From a virus (Duplodnaviria > Caudoviricetes): DNA of 62,882 bases. Both the position numbers and the translations under genes were made by a program. Shown here one piece after another: positions 49,419 to 59,800 of this stretch. Position 1 is the stretch's first letter; each line of letters opens with the position of its first letter. The stretch spans positions 1 through 62,882 of the IMG/VR virus record IMGVR_UViG_3300036715_004481, one strand, 5' to 3'. The notes beneath the pieces are model-generated. The model saw nothing but the letters and a program-made list of their open reading frames with translations, did no database searches and was not told the DNA's origin.

Positions 49419-50936
49419 ATGCCACTAAGTTTCAGAAATATTATAGATGGAAACGAATTATCAAACGCTATATCAACTGGTGATTATTCTAAAGTTATAA
49501 AAAAACCAAAATCTAATAGTGTTAGATACATTAAAGGATATGCTAAAGAAAGTGCAGCTGAAGCTTTATCTAATTCATTGGGTATAAACAAAGGTTTGTT
49601 TAAACAAGCATTTGGTTTAGAAGATAAAAAGTTAGATGCATATGATCCATATCACACACAAGATGCAAAAAGAGAAGAATTTTGGTATGATGATCAACAA
49701 AATAAAATGGATGGGAAGGCTATACAGAAAGAATATGATATAGATACAGATACATTTAAAAGATCACTATACTCAGAATTTGGTTTCAGAAGTAGCGATT
49801 TCTGGTATGAAGATCCATTTATACCATCTTTTGAGTTATATTTTGATGAAGATTCTCCATTTTTTACAGATTCTTTAAATAAATATAATAGTCTTTATTA
49901 TTTTTATGATAAATATCAAATAATTGATAGTACATATAATGATAGAATTGAACTTTGGAAAGAATTTAAAAATGTATTTTTTAAAATATTTGAAAATACA
50001 TTACAACAAAACTCAAACACTAGACAAAAAAGCAAATCGTATTATATTACAAAAATAGCAGGACTTGAAAACCTGAATAAGAAAATAATTAAATATGGTG
50101 AAGATAAAATAACAATAACATTAAACGAAGATGTTTCAATGATATCATATTATCTTTCAGAATTATATAATAACATTATTTATAGTTATAAGAATCAGAG
50201 ATATATGTTTCCTGACAATGTTCTAAGATTTGATATGATCATTAAAATTAATGATATGAGACAATTTCAAACACCACAATCAGATAACAATTTACCAGAT
50301 GGCTACGAAAATACAATTTCTCCAAAGTCAAAAATATTATATACTTTACATGATTGTAATTTTAATTTTTTTGAAAGTAGAAATTATCCTAGTGAATTAG
50401 AAATAGGTGGATATGGCGCATCAGTAAGTAATTCACCACAAACCATGACATTTGACATAATATATAAGTCAATAACAAGAACAAGTGATTTTCCCTTGAT
50501 ACAAACAATGCAAGACACAAACAGTTATTCTTTGCATCCATGGGAAGATAGTTTATATTCTGAGTATGGAGTATCTCAAGATATTGGTAGCGTTCAGGAC
50601 TATTTTAATGATATAGAAAGAACAAAAATAACAGCACCTAAACCAACAAAAGGATATCTAAATCAATTATTAACAACAGCTGGCCAAACAGTTTCTAATA
50701 TTGGGTTGAGTTATATGGATAATCTTGAATCAAAATTAAGAGAAGTTAGAGGAAGCGCAGTCAACAGTCTACTAACTCAATTTAGAAGAGCCACAGGTTT
50801 TAACAAAATAGAGCCAGATAATATATATTTATCAAATTTTAATGATAGAGCAAGTATGGCTAACTTTGGTAAACAATTAGCATCTGGACTATTGAATGAT
50901 TTGGAAAATAGCGCCAGACAAGCTACAAATTTTTAA
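49419..50936 (+). CDS. Hypothetical tail/baseplate protein
   Basis: 505-aa ORF within baseplate cluster. Confidence 0.55.
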   Translation: MPLSFRNIIDGNELSNAISTGDYSKVIKKPKSNSVRYIKGYAKESAAEALSNSLGINKGLFKQAFGLEDKKLDAYDPYHTQDAKREEFWYDDQQNKMDGKAIQKEYDIDTDTFKRSLYSEFGFRSSDFWYEDPFIPSFELYFDEDSPFFTDSLNKYNSLYYFYDKYQIIDSTYNDRIELWKEFKNVFFKIFENTLQQNSNTRQKSKSYYITKIAGLENLNKKIIKYGEDKITITLNEDVSMISYYLSELYNNIIYSYKNQRYMFPDNVLRFDMIIKINDMRQFQTPQSDNNLPDGYENTISPKSKILYTLHDCNFNFFESRNYPSELEIGGYGASVSNSPQTMTFDIIYKSITRTSDFPLIQTMQDTNSYSLHPWEDSLYSEYGVSQDIGSVQDYFNDIERTKITAPKPTKGYLNQLLTTAGQTVSNIGLSYMDNLESKLREVRGSAVNSLLTQFRRATGFNKIEPDNIYLSNFNDRASMANFGKQLASGLLNDLENSARQATNF

Positions 50937-50949
50937 ATAAATATAATAT

Positions 50950-53019
50950 ATGGAATTAGCAAGAGATTTTTACGTTGGGGTAGTTGAAGATAATAAAGAT
51001 CCTAACAGAAAAGGTAGAATAAAAGTAAGAATACAAACACTTTATCATGGTTTATTAACAGAAGATATTCCATATGCATATCCATTGGGTAGTTTGGCTG
51101 GTAAAGAGTTTCAAGTGCCAGCAATTGGTAAATTAGTTAACATATTATTCTTTTCTGATGATTTATATTCACCATATTATATATATTCAGAAAATTATAA
51201 CGTAAATTTACAAAATAAACTAACAAGTTTAAGTGATGATGAATATACAAATTTTAACGCATTAACATTTGATGATAAAACACAAATTTTTTCAGACGAC
51301 ACAGAGCTAACATTAGATTATTATTTTAACAAAGTTACAGTAAGTAAATCTGCTATAAATTTGGAACTTAAAGATAATAAGCAATTATTAAATTTAGGTA
51401 GTAAATCGGCCGATCAAGACGCCGTTCTAGGTACAAGATTTTTTGAATGGATGGATGATTTTATAGATGAACTATCTAAACCATTCTCACTTGTTGATAG
51501 TAACGGTATGAGTGTTATGAAGCCAAAAATACAAAGTCTATGCTCACAATACAAATCACTTAGACCTGATTTTTTATCTAAACATGTCAAAATAGTAGAC
51601 AACAGAAACGTAGACACTCTTAGTCGGGAAGCATCACCATATCAACATGATGCAGATTTGACAATACCAGAAGCAGACATTTCACCTGAATTACAAAAAT
51701 CTATAGATGCACAATCTTCTGCGGCTTGTGGTAAAATTTCAGATACTCTACCAACAGGTGGTATTGGATCAATACCAGACGAAAGTGACATTCCAGAACA
51801 AACAGATAAACATTCAATTTTTAAAGTTATAAGATATAAATTTTTAAAAGATAGAACTATTGGTAAATTATATGTTAATGATGTGTTTTTTTGTGACACA
51901 TTGGAAGATGTTGTTAGAGATTTGAAAAAAGATAAGAAAATATTTGGACAAACTGCAATACCTTATGGTATATATCCATTAACAATTGGTCCAACAAGTC
52001 TTAGAAGGCAAGTTGCACCAACTGGAAGATTACCATTAGTTAATAATGTACCATTTTTCGCTGGAATAAGAATACATCTTGGTGGAAAACCAGAAAACAC
52101 AGAAGGTTGCTTGCTAGTTGGAACATTAGATAAAAGTACAAACACACTAAAAAATAGTGGTGCGGCATCTATTAGAGTCACACAACTATGTGAAAAATAC
52201 AATAATAATAATATAAAGATGACAATTGTATACACAACAGAAGATAATGCAAATCTAGATACAACAGCAGCAAAAAACAGTTACAATGGTTCAAACTACA
52301 CATCAAAAAATGATGGAAATCCTACTGCTGATGGTAATTCTGATTGTACAGTTGGAACAACAGATAGTTCATGGACAACTAATTTAGAAATGTCTGATAT
52401 GAAAATAAACGGAGAAGAAATTAAATTTGACGGTAAATATATTATAACACCAGAGCAATTATATAAAATTATACCAAGAGCATCGAAAAGTAATATTCAG
52501 AAATTTATTGTTCCACTAAATGTAACTATGAAAAAATTTAATATTACATCACCGTTACAAATAAGTGCATTTATATCACAAATTGCTATTGAAAGTGGAT
52601 ATTTGAAATATACAAAAGAATTAGGAGCCACATCATATTTTAATAAATATGAACCAACAACAAAAATAGGTAAAGGTTTAGGTAACACACAAACCGGTGA
52701 TGGTGCTAAATATCGTGGTAGAGGATTAATTCAAACCACAGGTAGATCAAATTATATGGACTTATCTAAAAGTTTAGGAACAGATTTTATAAATACACCA
52801 GAACTTTTAGAAACACCTATGTGGGCATCATTATCTGCTGGCTATTGGTGGTTTAAAAATCAAAAGAAAAAGACATCAAAAATGAATGCAAATCTAGCTG
52901 GATGCATAAATAACAAAGATATAAGTGGAATCACACGTGCAGTAAATGGTGGACAAAATGCATTAACAGAAAGAGCACAAGCATATAAATCAGCATTAAA
53001 TATTCTTGGTGTAGCATAA
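50950..53019 (+). CDS. gp5-like baseplate spike: OB fold + DUF5675-like + GH19 muramidase
   Basis: GVVEDNKDPNRKGRIKVR; TLED...TAIPYG.Y..RIH.G...TEGCLLVG; AFISQIAIES, YRGRGLIQTTGRSNY, TRAVNGG. Confidence 0.88.
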   Translation: MELARDFYVGVVEDNKDPNRKGRIKVRIQTLYHGLLTEDIPYAYPLGSLAGKEFQVPAIGKLVNILFFSDDLYSPYYIYSENYNVNLQNKLTSLSDDEYTNFNALTFDDKTQIFSDDTELTLDYYFNKVTVSKSAINLELKDNKQLLNLGSKSADQDAVLGTRFFEWMDDFIDELSKPFSLVDSNGMSVMKPKIQSLCSQYKSLRPDFLSKHVKIVDNRNVDTLSREASPYQHDADLTIPEADISPELQKSIDAQSSAACGKISDTLPTGGIGSIPDESDIPEQTDKHSIFKVIRYKFLKDRTIGKLYVNDVFFCDTLEDVVRDLKKDKKIFGQTAIPYGIYPLTIGPTSLRRQVAPTGRLPLVNNVPFFAGIRIHLGGKPENTEGCLLVGTLDKSTNTLKNSGAASIRVTQLCEKYNNNNIKMTIVYTTEDNANLDTTAAKNSYNGSNYTSKNDGNPTADGNSDCTVGTTDSSWTTNLEMSDMKINGEEIKFDGKYIITPEQLYKIIPRASKSNIQKFIVPLNVTMKKFNITSPLQISAFISQIAIESGYLKYTKELGATSYFNKYEPTTKIGKGLGNTQTGDGAKYRGRGLIQTTGRSNYMDLSKSLGTDFINTPELLETPMWASLSAGYWWFKNQKKKTSKMNANLAGCINNKDISGITRAVNGGQNALTERAQAYKSALNILGVA

Positions 53020-53088
53020 CTTTCAATATGTTATTAATATAAACTTTTATTTTCATTTATAATATAAATTGAAAATAAAAGTTTTTTT

Positions 53089-54054
53089 ATGGATTTATTT
53101 AAAAACAAAAAAATATTAATTATAGGGGATGTGATGTTAGATTCATATCTATTTGGGAATGTTGAAAGAATATCACCAGAAGCACCTGTGCCTATTGTAG
53201 ATATCACAAATAAACAAAACAAACTAGGTGGTGCCGCAAATGTGGCAACAAATATAAAAAATCTTGGTGGAACACCTATATTATGTTCAATAGTCGGAAA
53301 AGACATTAAAGGTGACATTTTTATATCATTACTAAAAGAAATGGAAATATCATCTGATTATATTTATCAATCAGAAAATAGATTAACGACAGATAAAACA
53401 AGAATTATCGGAAACAATCATCAAATGCTACGCATTGATGATGAAATAAAATCAGAATTAGGTAAAGACGAAAAAAAGTTTTTGAATAGTATTGAAAATA
53501 TATTAGATAATGATGATATTGATTGCGTTTTATTTCAAGATTATGATAAAGGATTATTAAATGAATATGTCATTGATATTGTAACAAGCAAAGCAAACTA
53601 TTTAAACATTCCTATAATAGTAGATCCAAAGAAAAATAATTTTCATTCTTATCATAATGCTACATTATTTAAACCAAATCTAAAAGAATTTAAAGAAAGT
53701 ATGAAAATTGAATCATGTGATCGTGATGAACTACTTAAAAATGGTGCAAAAATATTACATAAAAGAGGAATAGAAATAGTTTTTGTAACTCTTTCAGAAG
53801 ATGGCATTTTTATTTCTTATAAGAAAGGTAGCAAAACTATCAATAAAATAGTTTCAACAACAACAAGAGATATTGTGGATGTTGCTGGTGCTGGTGACTC
53901 GGTTATTTCTGTTATTAGTATGCTTATAAATGATGTGAACATAGAAGAAATAGCAAAGATATCAAATTTAGCTGGTGGTATTGTTTGTGAAGAAATTGGA
54001 GTTATACCAATAGATAAGGATAAGTTATTAAGTGAATATTATACAAAAAAGTAA
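53089..54054 (+). CDS. rfaE1: Heptose-7-phosphate kinase (HldE/RfaE domain I, PfkB family)
   Basis: GDVMLDSY..GNVERISPEAPVP, LGGAANVA, DYDKG, DVAGAGD. Confidence 0.9.
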   Translation: MDLFKNKKILIIGDVMLDSYLFGNVERISPEAPVPIVDITNKQNKLGGAANVATNIKNLGGTPILCSIVGKDIKGDIFISLLKEMEISSDYIYQSENRLTTDKTRIIGNNHQMLRIDDEIKSELGKDEKKFLNSIENILDNDDIDCVLFQDYDKGLLNEYVIDIVTSKANYLNIPIIVDPKKNNFHSYHNATLFKPNLKEFKESMKIESCDRDELLKNGAKILHKRGIEIVFVTLSEDGIFISYKKGSKTINKIVSTTTRDIVDVAGAGDSVISVISMLINDVNIEEIAKISNLAGGIVCEEIGVIPIDKDKLLSEYYTKK

Positions 54055-54059
54055 ATAAT

Positions 54060-54284
54060 ATGAAGAAAGTAATGGAGTTTTTAGATAAATATCTAATTAG
54101 GAGTGTTGAAGATAAACATTATAATTTTGAGTTAAACGATAATATACACTATAAAGTTTTTGTGCATTGAGATTACTCTAGAAGTACTGAAGAAGAAGTT
54201 ATAAAATATATAAATTCATATTTAGCATTATTACAAAGAAAAGAAAAATTAAATATATTAAATGAAAAAAGACAAAAAATATGA
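54060..54284 (+). pseudogene. Small RKEKL-tail gene with one internal TGA
   Basis: MKKVMEFL...VH*DYS...LQRKEKLNILNEKRQKI; stop at 54168. Confidence 0.5.
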
Positions 54285-54528
54285 TGAAGAATTTAATCCA
54301 TTAGAAGATTGTATTGAAAGATTAAGTCTTTGTAGAGTAGATTATCATAAACTTTATCAAAAGAACTTTAAAGTTGCATCTATACGACTTAGGCAAGATT
54401 TAGAATATATCATACAAACAGCAAAACAAATGAAAAAAGATGCACTTGCTCATCGAAAAAAGATAGAAGAAAACAAACAATTAGAAAGAGACTATCAAGA
54501 AAAACTAAAAAATGAAGGAATCGAATAA
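54262..54528 (+). CDS. Possible Hc1/histone H1-like small protein
   Basis: K...KNFKVASIRLRQDL resembles the Hc1 family core. Confidence 0.4.
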   Translation: MKKDKKYDEEFNPLEDCIERLSLCRVDYHKLYQKNFKVASIRLRQDLEYIIQTAKQMKKDALAHRKKIEENKQLERDYQEKLKNEGIE

Positions 54529-55037
54529 TGATAAACGATTGGTTAAAATTAAAAATAATTAGAGATACTAAGAAACTAAAAAAATTTATATATCCAGGTG
54601 TAGAATATAATAGATTCAAATCAAATCTATCTCAGGAATATAAAAATATAATATCTTTATCCAGAAACACAATAAATTTACAACATTTTAATAATATATT
54701 ACCAAGTTATGATATATCAATTTCAAATTTAAATAAAATAGACTTTGATTTTTTATTAAAAATATCAAAACTTGAAAATGTTATAATAGTAGACACACCA
54801 TCTTTTATGGATTTTGAAATAATTGATGATAATCTACACACAATACAAAGATGTGTAAATGAAACAAATCAATACAACACATATGAATTTATAAACAAAT
54901 ATGATAAATATATATTCTATATTTATATAATTGATAATAATTATGTAAGATGGTATATGAAAGAAGATAGATGCTACTATAAAAGACTACAAATGAAGAG
55001 AAGAGAGAAACTTCAAAAAATAGAAAGAGAAATATAG
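54528..55037 (+). CDS. Hypothetical, RxxKL C-terminal motif
   Basis: ends RREKLQKIEREI. Confidence 0.65.
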   Translation: MINDWLKLKIIRDTKKLKKFIYPGVEYNRFKSNLSQEYKNIISLSRNTINLQHFNNILPSYDISISNLNKIDFDFLLKISKLENVIIVDTPSFMDFEIIDDNLHTIQRCVNETNQYNTYEFINKYDKYIFYIYIIDNNYVRWYMKEDRCYYKRLQMKRREKLQKIEREI

Positions 55038-55051
55038 AATATTTCTCTTTC
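55023..55051. terminator. Convergent terminator hairpin
   Basis: GAAAGAGAAATAT/ATATTTCTCTTTC. Confidence 0.55.
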
Positions 55052-55052
55052 T

Positions 55053-55502
55053 TCAATCTAAAGTTTTTGTTTCTAATAACTTATCATAATAATTAGTACT
55101 AAACAAATCCTTACCATCTAATATATAACTCAAATATTTTTTATCTGGTTTAATATTTTCTCTTATCATAGCAGAATTTGCTACATAAACAACTGCTGAA
55201 ATTTTAGAATCACCGCATAAAACATCAATATTTTGCCTATAATAGTGAATAGGATATCCTTCTTTTTTATCAATTTTCATTAAATCAAAATCATTTATTT
55301 CATATAATGCGCCTTCAACACAATCACCTGGTGATTCTACAATATTTGCAAATCCCAAATAACAATCATTTTTAGAAACTTTATTAAACATCAGTTTATA
55401 ATTTTCTAAAACTGCAAATTTTCTACTCTTAAACTTTATATCTCTTTCAGTTTTCATACGATACTCCGAAATATTTGATCCATATGCAAAATAATAAACC
55501 AT
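55053..55502 (-). CDS. Gamma-glutamylcyclotransferase family protein
   Basis: YFAYGSN, VEGALY, DKKEGYP..Y. Confidence 0.88.
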   Translation of the reverse strand: MVYYFAYGSNISEYRMKTERDIKFKSRKFAVLENYKLMFNKVSKNDCYLGFANIVESPGDCVEGALYEINDFDLMKIDKKEGYPIHYYRQNIDVLCGDSKISAVVYVANSAMIRENIKPDKKYLSYILDGKDLFSTNYYDKLLETKTLD

Positions 55503-55577
55503 ATTATATTTTTTTTATCTATATATTAAAAAACATTCTTATAAAATTTTTATATAACATATAAACTAAATTTTTAT

Positions 55578-56003
55578 ATGGCAATAGCACAGGCAACAAA
55601 AAAAATGAATATAAGTGTAATAATTGAAGGTATAAAATTTGATATCGTAGATATTTCACAAGATTTACGACATCAACAAATAACATTTAATCACTTACCA
55701 ATGTATATTCCAACTCATACAGATATAAAAATAACTGCAAAAACATCAACATCAAATTATACACTGTTAGAAAAATGGATGTATGGTAGTATGAGTTTAA
55801 GACCAATATCAAATTGCAAAAAAGATATATTTATTGGAAGTTTAAAGATATTCGGCGTTTTTCCAATAGATATCACTTTCAATAATAATTATATTGACGT
55901 AACATTATCAGCAGATCATATTATTGGAGATTTGAATCAAACATATTTACAATTTCAAAGAAAAGAAAAATTAAAAAAATTAGAAGATATATGTCAGAAA
56001 TAA
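55578..56003 (+). CDS. Hypothetical, RxxKL C-terminal motif
   Basis: ends QRKEKLKKLEDICQK. Confidence 0.65.
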   Translation: MAIAQATKKMNISVIIEGIKFDIVDISQDLRHQQITFNHLPMYIPTHTDIKITAKTSTSNYTLLEKWMYGSMSLRPISNCKKDIFIGSLKIFGVFPIDITFNNNYIDVTLSADHIIGDLNQTYLQFQRKEKLKKLEDICQK

Positions 56004-56368
56004 AAATTGATGAAAATTTCATATGTAGTGATAATTTTTTTAGATTTGGTGAAGAATACACACCAAAGATATTAAAAAAACTCAAAATTGAAATATACGA
56101 AAGATCAATAATTGATGGTGGTGTATTGTTAGATTTAGATGCAAAAAATTATATGCAAAGAAATTGGTTGGATATGTTTTTTAACTATCAACGATGTCCA
56201 ATCTTAGATGATTATATGCCAAATTATAAATGTGAAATTGCTGAACCATTTTTTACACCAAATGGAAATAAATACGTCTTAAAAATTGTAGATTTTTCAA
56301 ATGATGGTTGGAGAAATTATTTAAAAATTATAAGAAAGAAAAAATTTATATTATTAAATAATGGATGA
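55991..56368 (+). CDS. Hypothetical, RxxKL-like C-terminal motif
   Basis: ends IRKKKFILLNNG. Confidence 0.6.
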   Translation: MSEIKIDENFICSDNFFRFGEEYTPKILKKLKIEIYERSIIDGGVLLDLDAKNYMQRNWLDMFFNYQRCPILDDYMPNYKCEIAEPFFTPNGNKYVLKIVDFSNDGWRNYLKIIRKKKFILLNNG

Positions 56369-56660
56369 ATATAAAAAATGGTTGAAAGAAAGTAGATACG
56401 TTATAATTGAAAAAAGCATAAGAGAAGATGCTTGTTTATCAGTAACTAAATCAGATATATGCTCGTATGCATCAGATACTGGATGTTACGGAATTACAGA
56501 TCCAGCTATAAATTTGCACAAATTTTATATAGATATTATAAAGTGTAGATATATGACTAAGCTTTTAAAAGAAGCATATATGTTTGATGCATATAACTTT
56601 TCACGTAGATGTAGAAAGAAAAAATTAATTAAAATAGAAGAATGTCAAAAATATTTATAA
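56361..56660 (+). CDS. Hypothetical, RxxKL C-terminal motif
   Basis: ends CRKKKLIKIEECQKYL. Confidence 0.6.
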   Translation: MDEYKKWLKESRYVIIEKSIREDACLSVTKSDICSYASDTGCYGITDPAINLHKFYIDIIKCRYMTKLLKEAYMFDAYNFSRRCRKKKLIKIEECQKYL

Positions 56661-57619
56661 TAAGCAACACAAATTTTAACTTATCTAAAAACTTATCAAA
56701 TAAAGATTGGTTAAAAAATATGTACAACTATTATTATAATGAGTTCGTACCGTATCTTAAAGATAATGTAAAACCAAACGATATACTGATACATTTGGGT
56801 AACTTATTATGTAAAACAAAATCAATTGATCTAAATGTTTTAAAATTCGTTCAGACTCTATTTGAAAAAATATCAGAGATATTACCAATATATATTATTT
56901 CAGGAGAAAATGATAGCTTATCTTTAAATATACTAAAAAACTTCAAAAATATTGAACTAATAACAGAATCAAAAGAAATTGAAATTTTAGTTGAACAAAA
57001 ATTTGCAATGTTACCATTTAATACATCAATAGATGATATTTATAAATTTGATTCTGATTATTGCTTTTTAAATTTTGATTATTTGAACTCACCGAAAAAA
57101 GATATGATTGTAAGCAAATTAAAAACTTTCAAAAAATGTTATAACGGCTTTTATGATAAAAATAGTATAACAGCAAACATTAAAAATCTTGGTGCGCCAT
57201 ATAATATTGATAGTGATGATAAAAAAGGCTTTATTGTTCTTGACACATATCATGATAAAGATAAATTTATACAGAATAAATTAAGTCCTAATTTTAAAAA
57301 AATATATATTAACAATGAAGATGATTTAAAAATATCAAAAGATATACTTAAAAATAACTACATCAGTTTAAATATAAATAAAAGACTTCTTGTTGATAAT
57401 AAGCTGAAGATTGAAATGATAATGTCTGAATTTGATATAATTAATGTTACATATTCTGATGATGATAATATTAAAGACAAAATTGACATATTAGAATTAA
57501 ACGAAAATTCGCTATCTTTAAATGAAATGATTGTTGACTATATTAATCAATCGCAATCAGAAAATAAAGAACAAATTCTTAAAGAGTTTAAAATGATAGT
57601 TGAGTTAAACAAAAAATGA
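56642..57619 (+). CDS. Mre11/SbcD (gp47)-like metallophosphoesterase fold, degenerate active site
   Basis: FIISNTNF, LIHLGNL, ISGEND, NLGAPY...KGF. Confidence 0.65.
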   Translation: MSKIFIISNTNFNLSKNLSNKDWLKNMYNYYYNEFVPYLKDNVKPNDILIHLGNLLCKTKSIDLNVLKFVQTLFEKISEILPIYIISGENDSLSLNILKNFKNIELITESKEIEILVEQKFAMLPFNTSIDDIYKFDSDYCFLNFDYLNSPKKDMIVSKLKTFKKCYNGFYDKNSITANIKNLGAPYNIDSDDKKGFIVLDTYHDKDKFIQNKLSPNFKKIYINNEDDLKISKDILKNNYISLNINKRLLVDNKLKIEMIMSEFDIINVTYSDDDNIKDKIDILELNENSLSLNEMIVDYINQSQSENKEQILKEFKMIVELNKK

Positions 57620-57882
57620 TATCACACTGTGATATAATTTTTTAATATTTGAATATTTTGTCTTTTATTATTTTACATTTCAAATAATTTTCATTATTCA
57701 AATTATCAACATAATCTTTAAAATCTAAATATATATCAGGATTTTTAACAGACACCACATTCCATCAATTCTATCATATCTTCAGATTTCTTATCAGCAT
57801 CATATCTATCAGATAAAATTTTATCTCTATTTTTAAACACATCTACAATCTTATCAAAAAAACTTCTTATGTTATAATATTT

Positions 57883-59025
57883 TTAATTAAATCCTATTTT
57901 TTTAGTCTGCTCATCGCTTTCTATCAATTGTTTACTAACTTTTTCTTCATAAATTTCAGCAAGGGTTTTAGGTTCAGTATAAGTTTTATTTAAGCCAATA
58001 TGTTTTGATAATTTTGTTGATTGTTCGGCGTTTAATTTTTTAAATTTATAATCAACCATCAATCTACCCTTTCTCAACAATGCACTATCTATAACTTTTC
58101 TACTAGTATTAAATGTTGCAATAATTTGCATATCCATATTATCATTTAATAAACCATCACTAATGTTCAAAATATTACTCACGGCTTGATTTCTTTCTCC
58201 ATCTGTAGATGTCAATATACTCTCAGCATCTTCTAACAATAAAACAGAATTTTTAAATTTTGAAATAAAAGAAATCAATTCTGGATTTGCAATATCAAAC
58301 ATAAAATAAGATGGAACATATATAATAGTCTTATCATCAGATAGTTCTGAAACCAACTTACGAAGTAGCATTGTTTTACCGCATCCTGGATCACCATGAA
58401 ATAAAAATAAACCATGTTTATTATTTTTCAATTTGTCAACAATATCAGCATATTTTTCAATGAAAGATTCTCCATAATTTAAATCTAATTGTATATCAAA
58501 CTCTTTAATAGATGCTGGCTGCAAATCATAACCCATTGAGGATGATGATATCACGAAAAAAGTCTTACTAAGTTTAGGTTGATATGTAATCTTTCTAATT
58601 TTTTCTGAAAGTTCATCAACAAAATATAAAGCATCAGAATCAAAATAAATCATAAGATTTGATATTTTGTTTCTTTGTTCTTCCTCTGTTTCGTATATTT
58701 TTTTATCAATAACTTTTTCTTCATCATAAAAAGTAAAAATTATTTTATATGGCTTATCAACTCTAACGACATAATTATATATTTTCTCAACTCTATTTTT
58801 AGAATCAGTATTAATATTACAAGAAACTGTTATGTTTTCTTTTTTTATAGAAAAATTTTCTTTCAATAGTGCCCAAAATTCATCTGAATATATCTGATCA
58901 GTTATAGAATATTTATTAGTTATTTTACCAAACTCAATAAGAGCATGAATATCTTCTCTGCTATCTAATAATTGCTCCGATAATGTAAATTGCGAAAACA
59001 TACTTATTTGTGATTTATCTGTCAT
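57883..59025 (-). CDS. AAA ATPase (BCS1-like)
   Basis: GDPGCGKT, LLLEDAE, ILNISDG, ALLRKGR. Confidence 0.88.
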   Translation of the reverse strand: MTDKSQISMFSQFTLSEQLLDSREDIHALIEFGKITNKYSITDQIYSDEFWALLKENFSIKKENITVSCNINTDSKNRVEKIYNYVVRVDKPYKIIFTFYDEEKVIDKKIYETEEEQRNKISNLMIYFDSDALYFVDELSEKIRKITYQPKLSKTFFVISSSSMGYDLQPASIKEFDIQLDLNYGESFIEKYADIVDKLKNNKHGLFLFHGDPGCGKTMLLRKLVSELSDDKTIIYVPSYFMFDIANPELISFISKFKNSVLLLEDAESILTSTDGERNQAVSNILNISDGLLNDNMDMQIIATFNTSRKVIDSALLRKGRLMVDYKFKKLNAEQSTKLSKHIGLNKTYTEPKTLAEIYEEKVSKQLIESDEQTKKIGFN

Positions 59026-59027
59026 TA

Positions 59028-59666
59028 TTATTTTATATTATTTTTATATCTTTCCTCAATAAAAGAATAATCAACAAATGTGTGTTCTATATCTGAAAAA
59101 GAATTAATTTGAGTCGTCATCATAGGATTAACCATTAGACAAACACCCTTTTCTTGATAATTTTGAGCTAAAAAAACATCCATAATATCACCATGTTGTC
59201 TAATCTCCTTCAATGTATCATATTTATCAATAAAAGAATCATATGCTAATTTACTATATGCTATTGAATGTGACGCAAAAGCAGCTTTTAATATTATTAA
59301 ATTTGGTTTAAATTTTATCAATTTTTGATGAGTGTTTGCGCCCAAATAAAAAAGATGCCAATCTATACCTTTTGATTGATCAATAGATTTTTGTAAAACT
59401 TCTAAAGGATTATCTATCAAGAATTCAAAATCATCTTCAAAAATTAAAACATTTTTTAATTTTCTTTCTTTTGCTTTTTTAAGTATATCTAGATTAGATT
59501 TTATTAAACCTATTCTACCATCTTTGTGCTCTATTGCAGAGTATCTTTGAACTCTATCAGCAATACCAACCTTTTCAAATTCTAACATCGCATGCTCTAA
59601 TCTATCTTTTCTACGATCTAAATTTATAACATAAATTTCATCAAAATAATCAAATGCGTTACTCAT
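59028..59666 (-). CDS. Glycosyltransferase family 25-like (start probably MSNAF)
   Basis: IYVINLDRRKDR, VLIFEDD. Confidence 0.85.
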   Translation of the reverse strand: MSNAFDYFDEIYVINLDRRKDRLEHAMLEFEKVGIADRVQRYSAIEHKDGRIGLIKSNLDILKKAKERKLKNVLIFEDDFEFLIDNPLEVLQKSIDQSKGIDWHLFYLGANTHQKLIKFKPNLIILKAAFASHSIAYSKLAYDSFIDKYDTLKEIRQHGDIMDVFLAQNYQEKGVCLMVNPMMTTQINSFSDIEHTFVDYSFIEERYKNNIK

Positions 59667-59800
59667 ATTTATTTTATTTTTTATTCTAACAAACTTACAA
59701 TTAAGTAAATTAATTATTTCAGATTGCCTAAATTTGTCTTTATCTCTATTCACCATTTTTAAAATGGCATTTCATCAAATTCATATACGATATTATTAAC
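59667..59800 (-). pseudogene. Vsr/DUF559-like endonuclease remnant
   Basis: YEFDE...DKFRQSEIINLLNCKFVRIK, frameshifted. Confidence 0.45.

Noticed and set aside
6766-53318. Numerous 60-170 aa ORFs antisense to or nested in long genes (e.g. 7023..7361, 8939..9331, 34809..35195, 44477..44989)
   Set aside because: Shadow ORFs without motifs, overlapping well-supported genes.
57620-57880. Possible small minus-strand gene downstream of the AAA ATPase
   Set aside because: Only short broken frames; no recognisable product.
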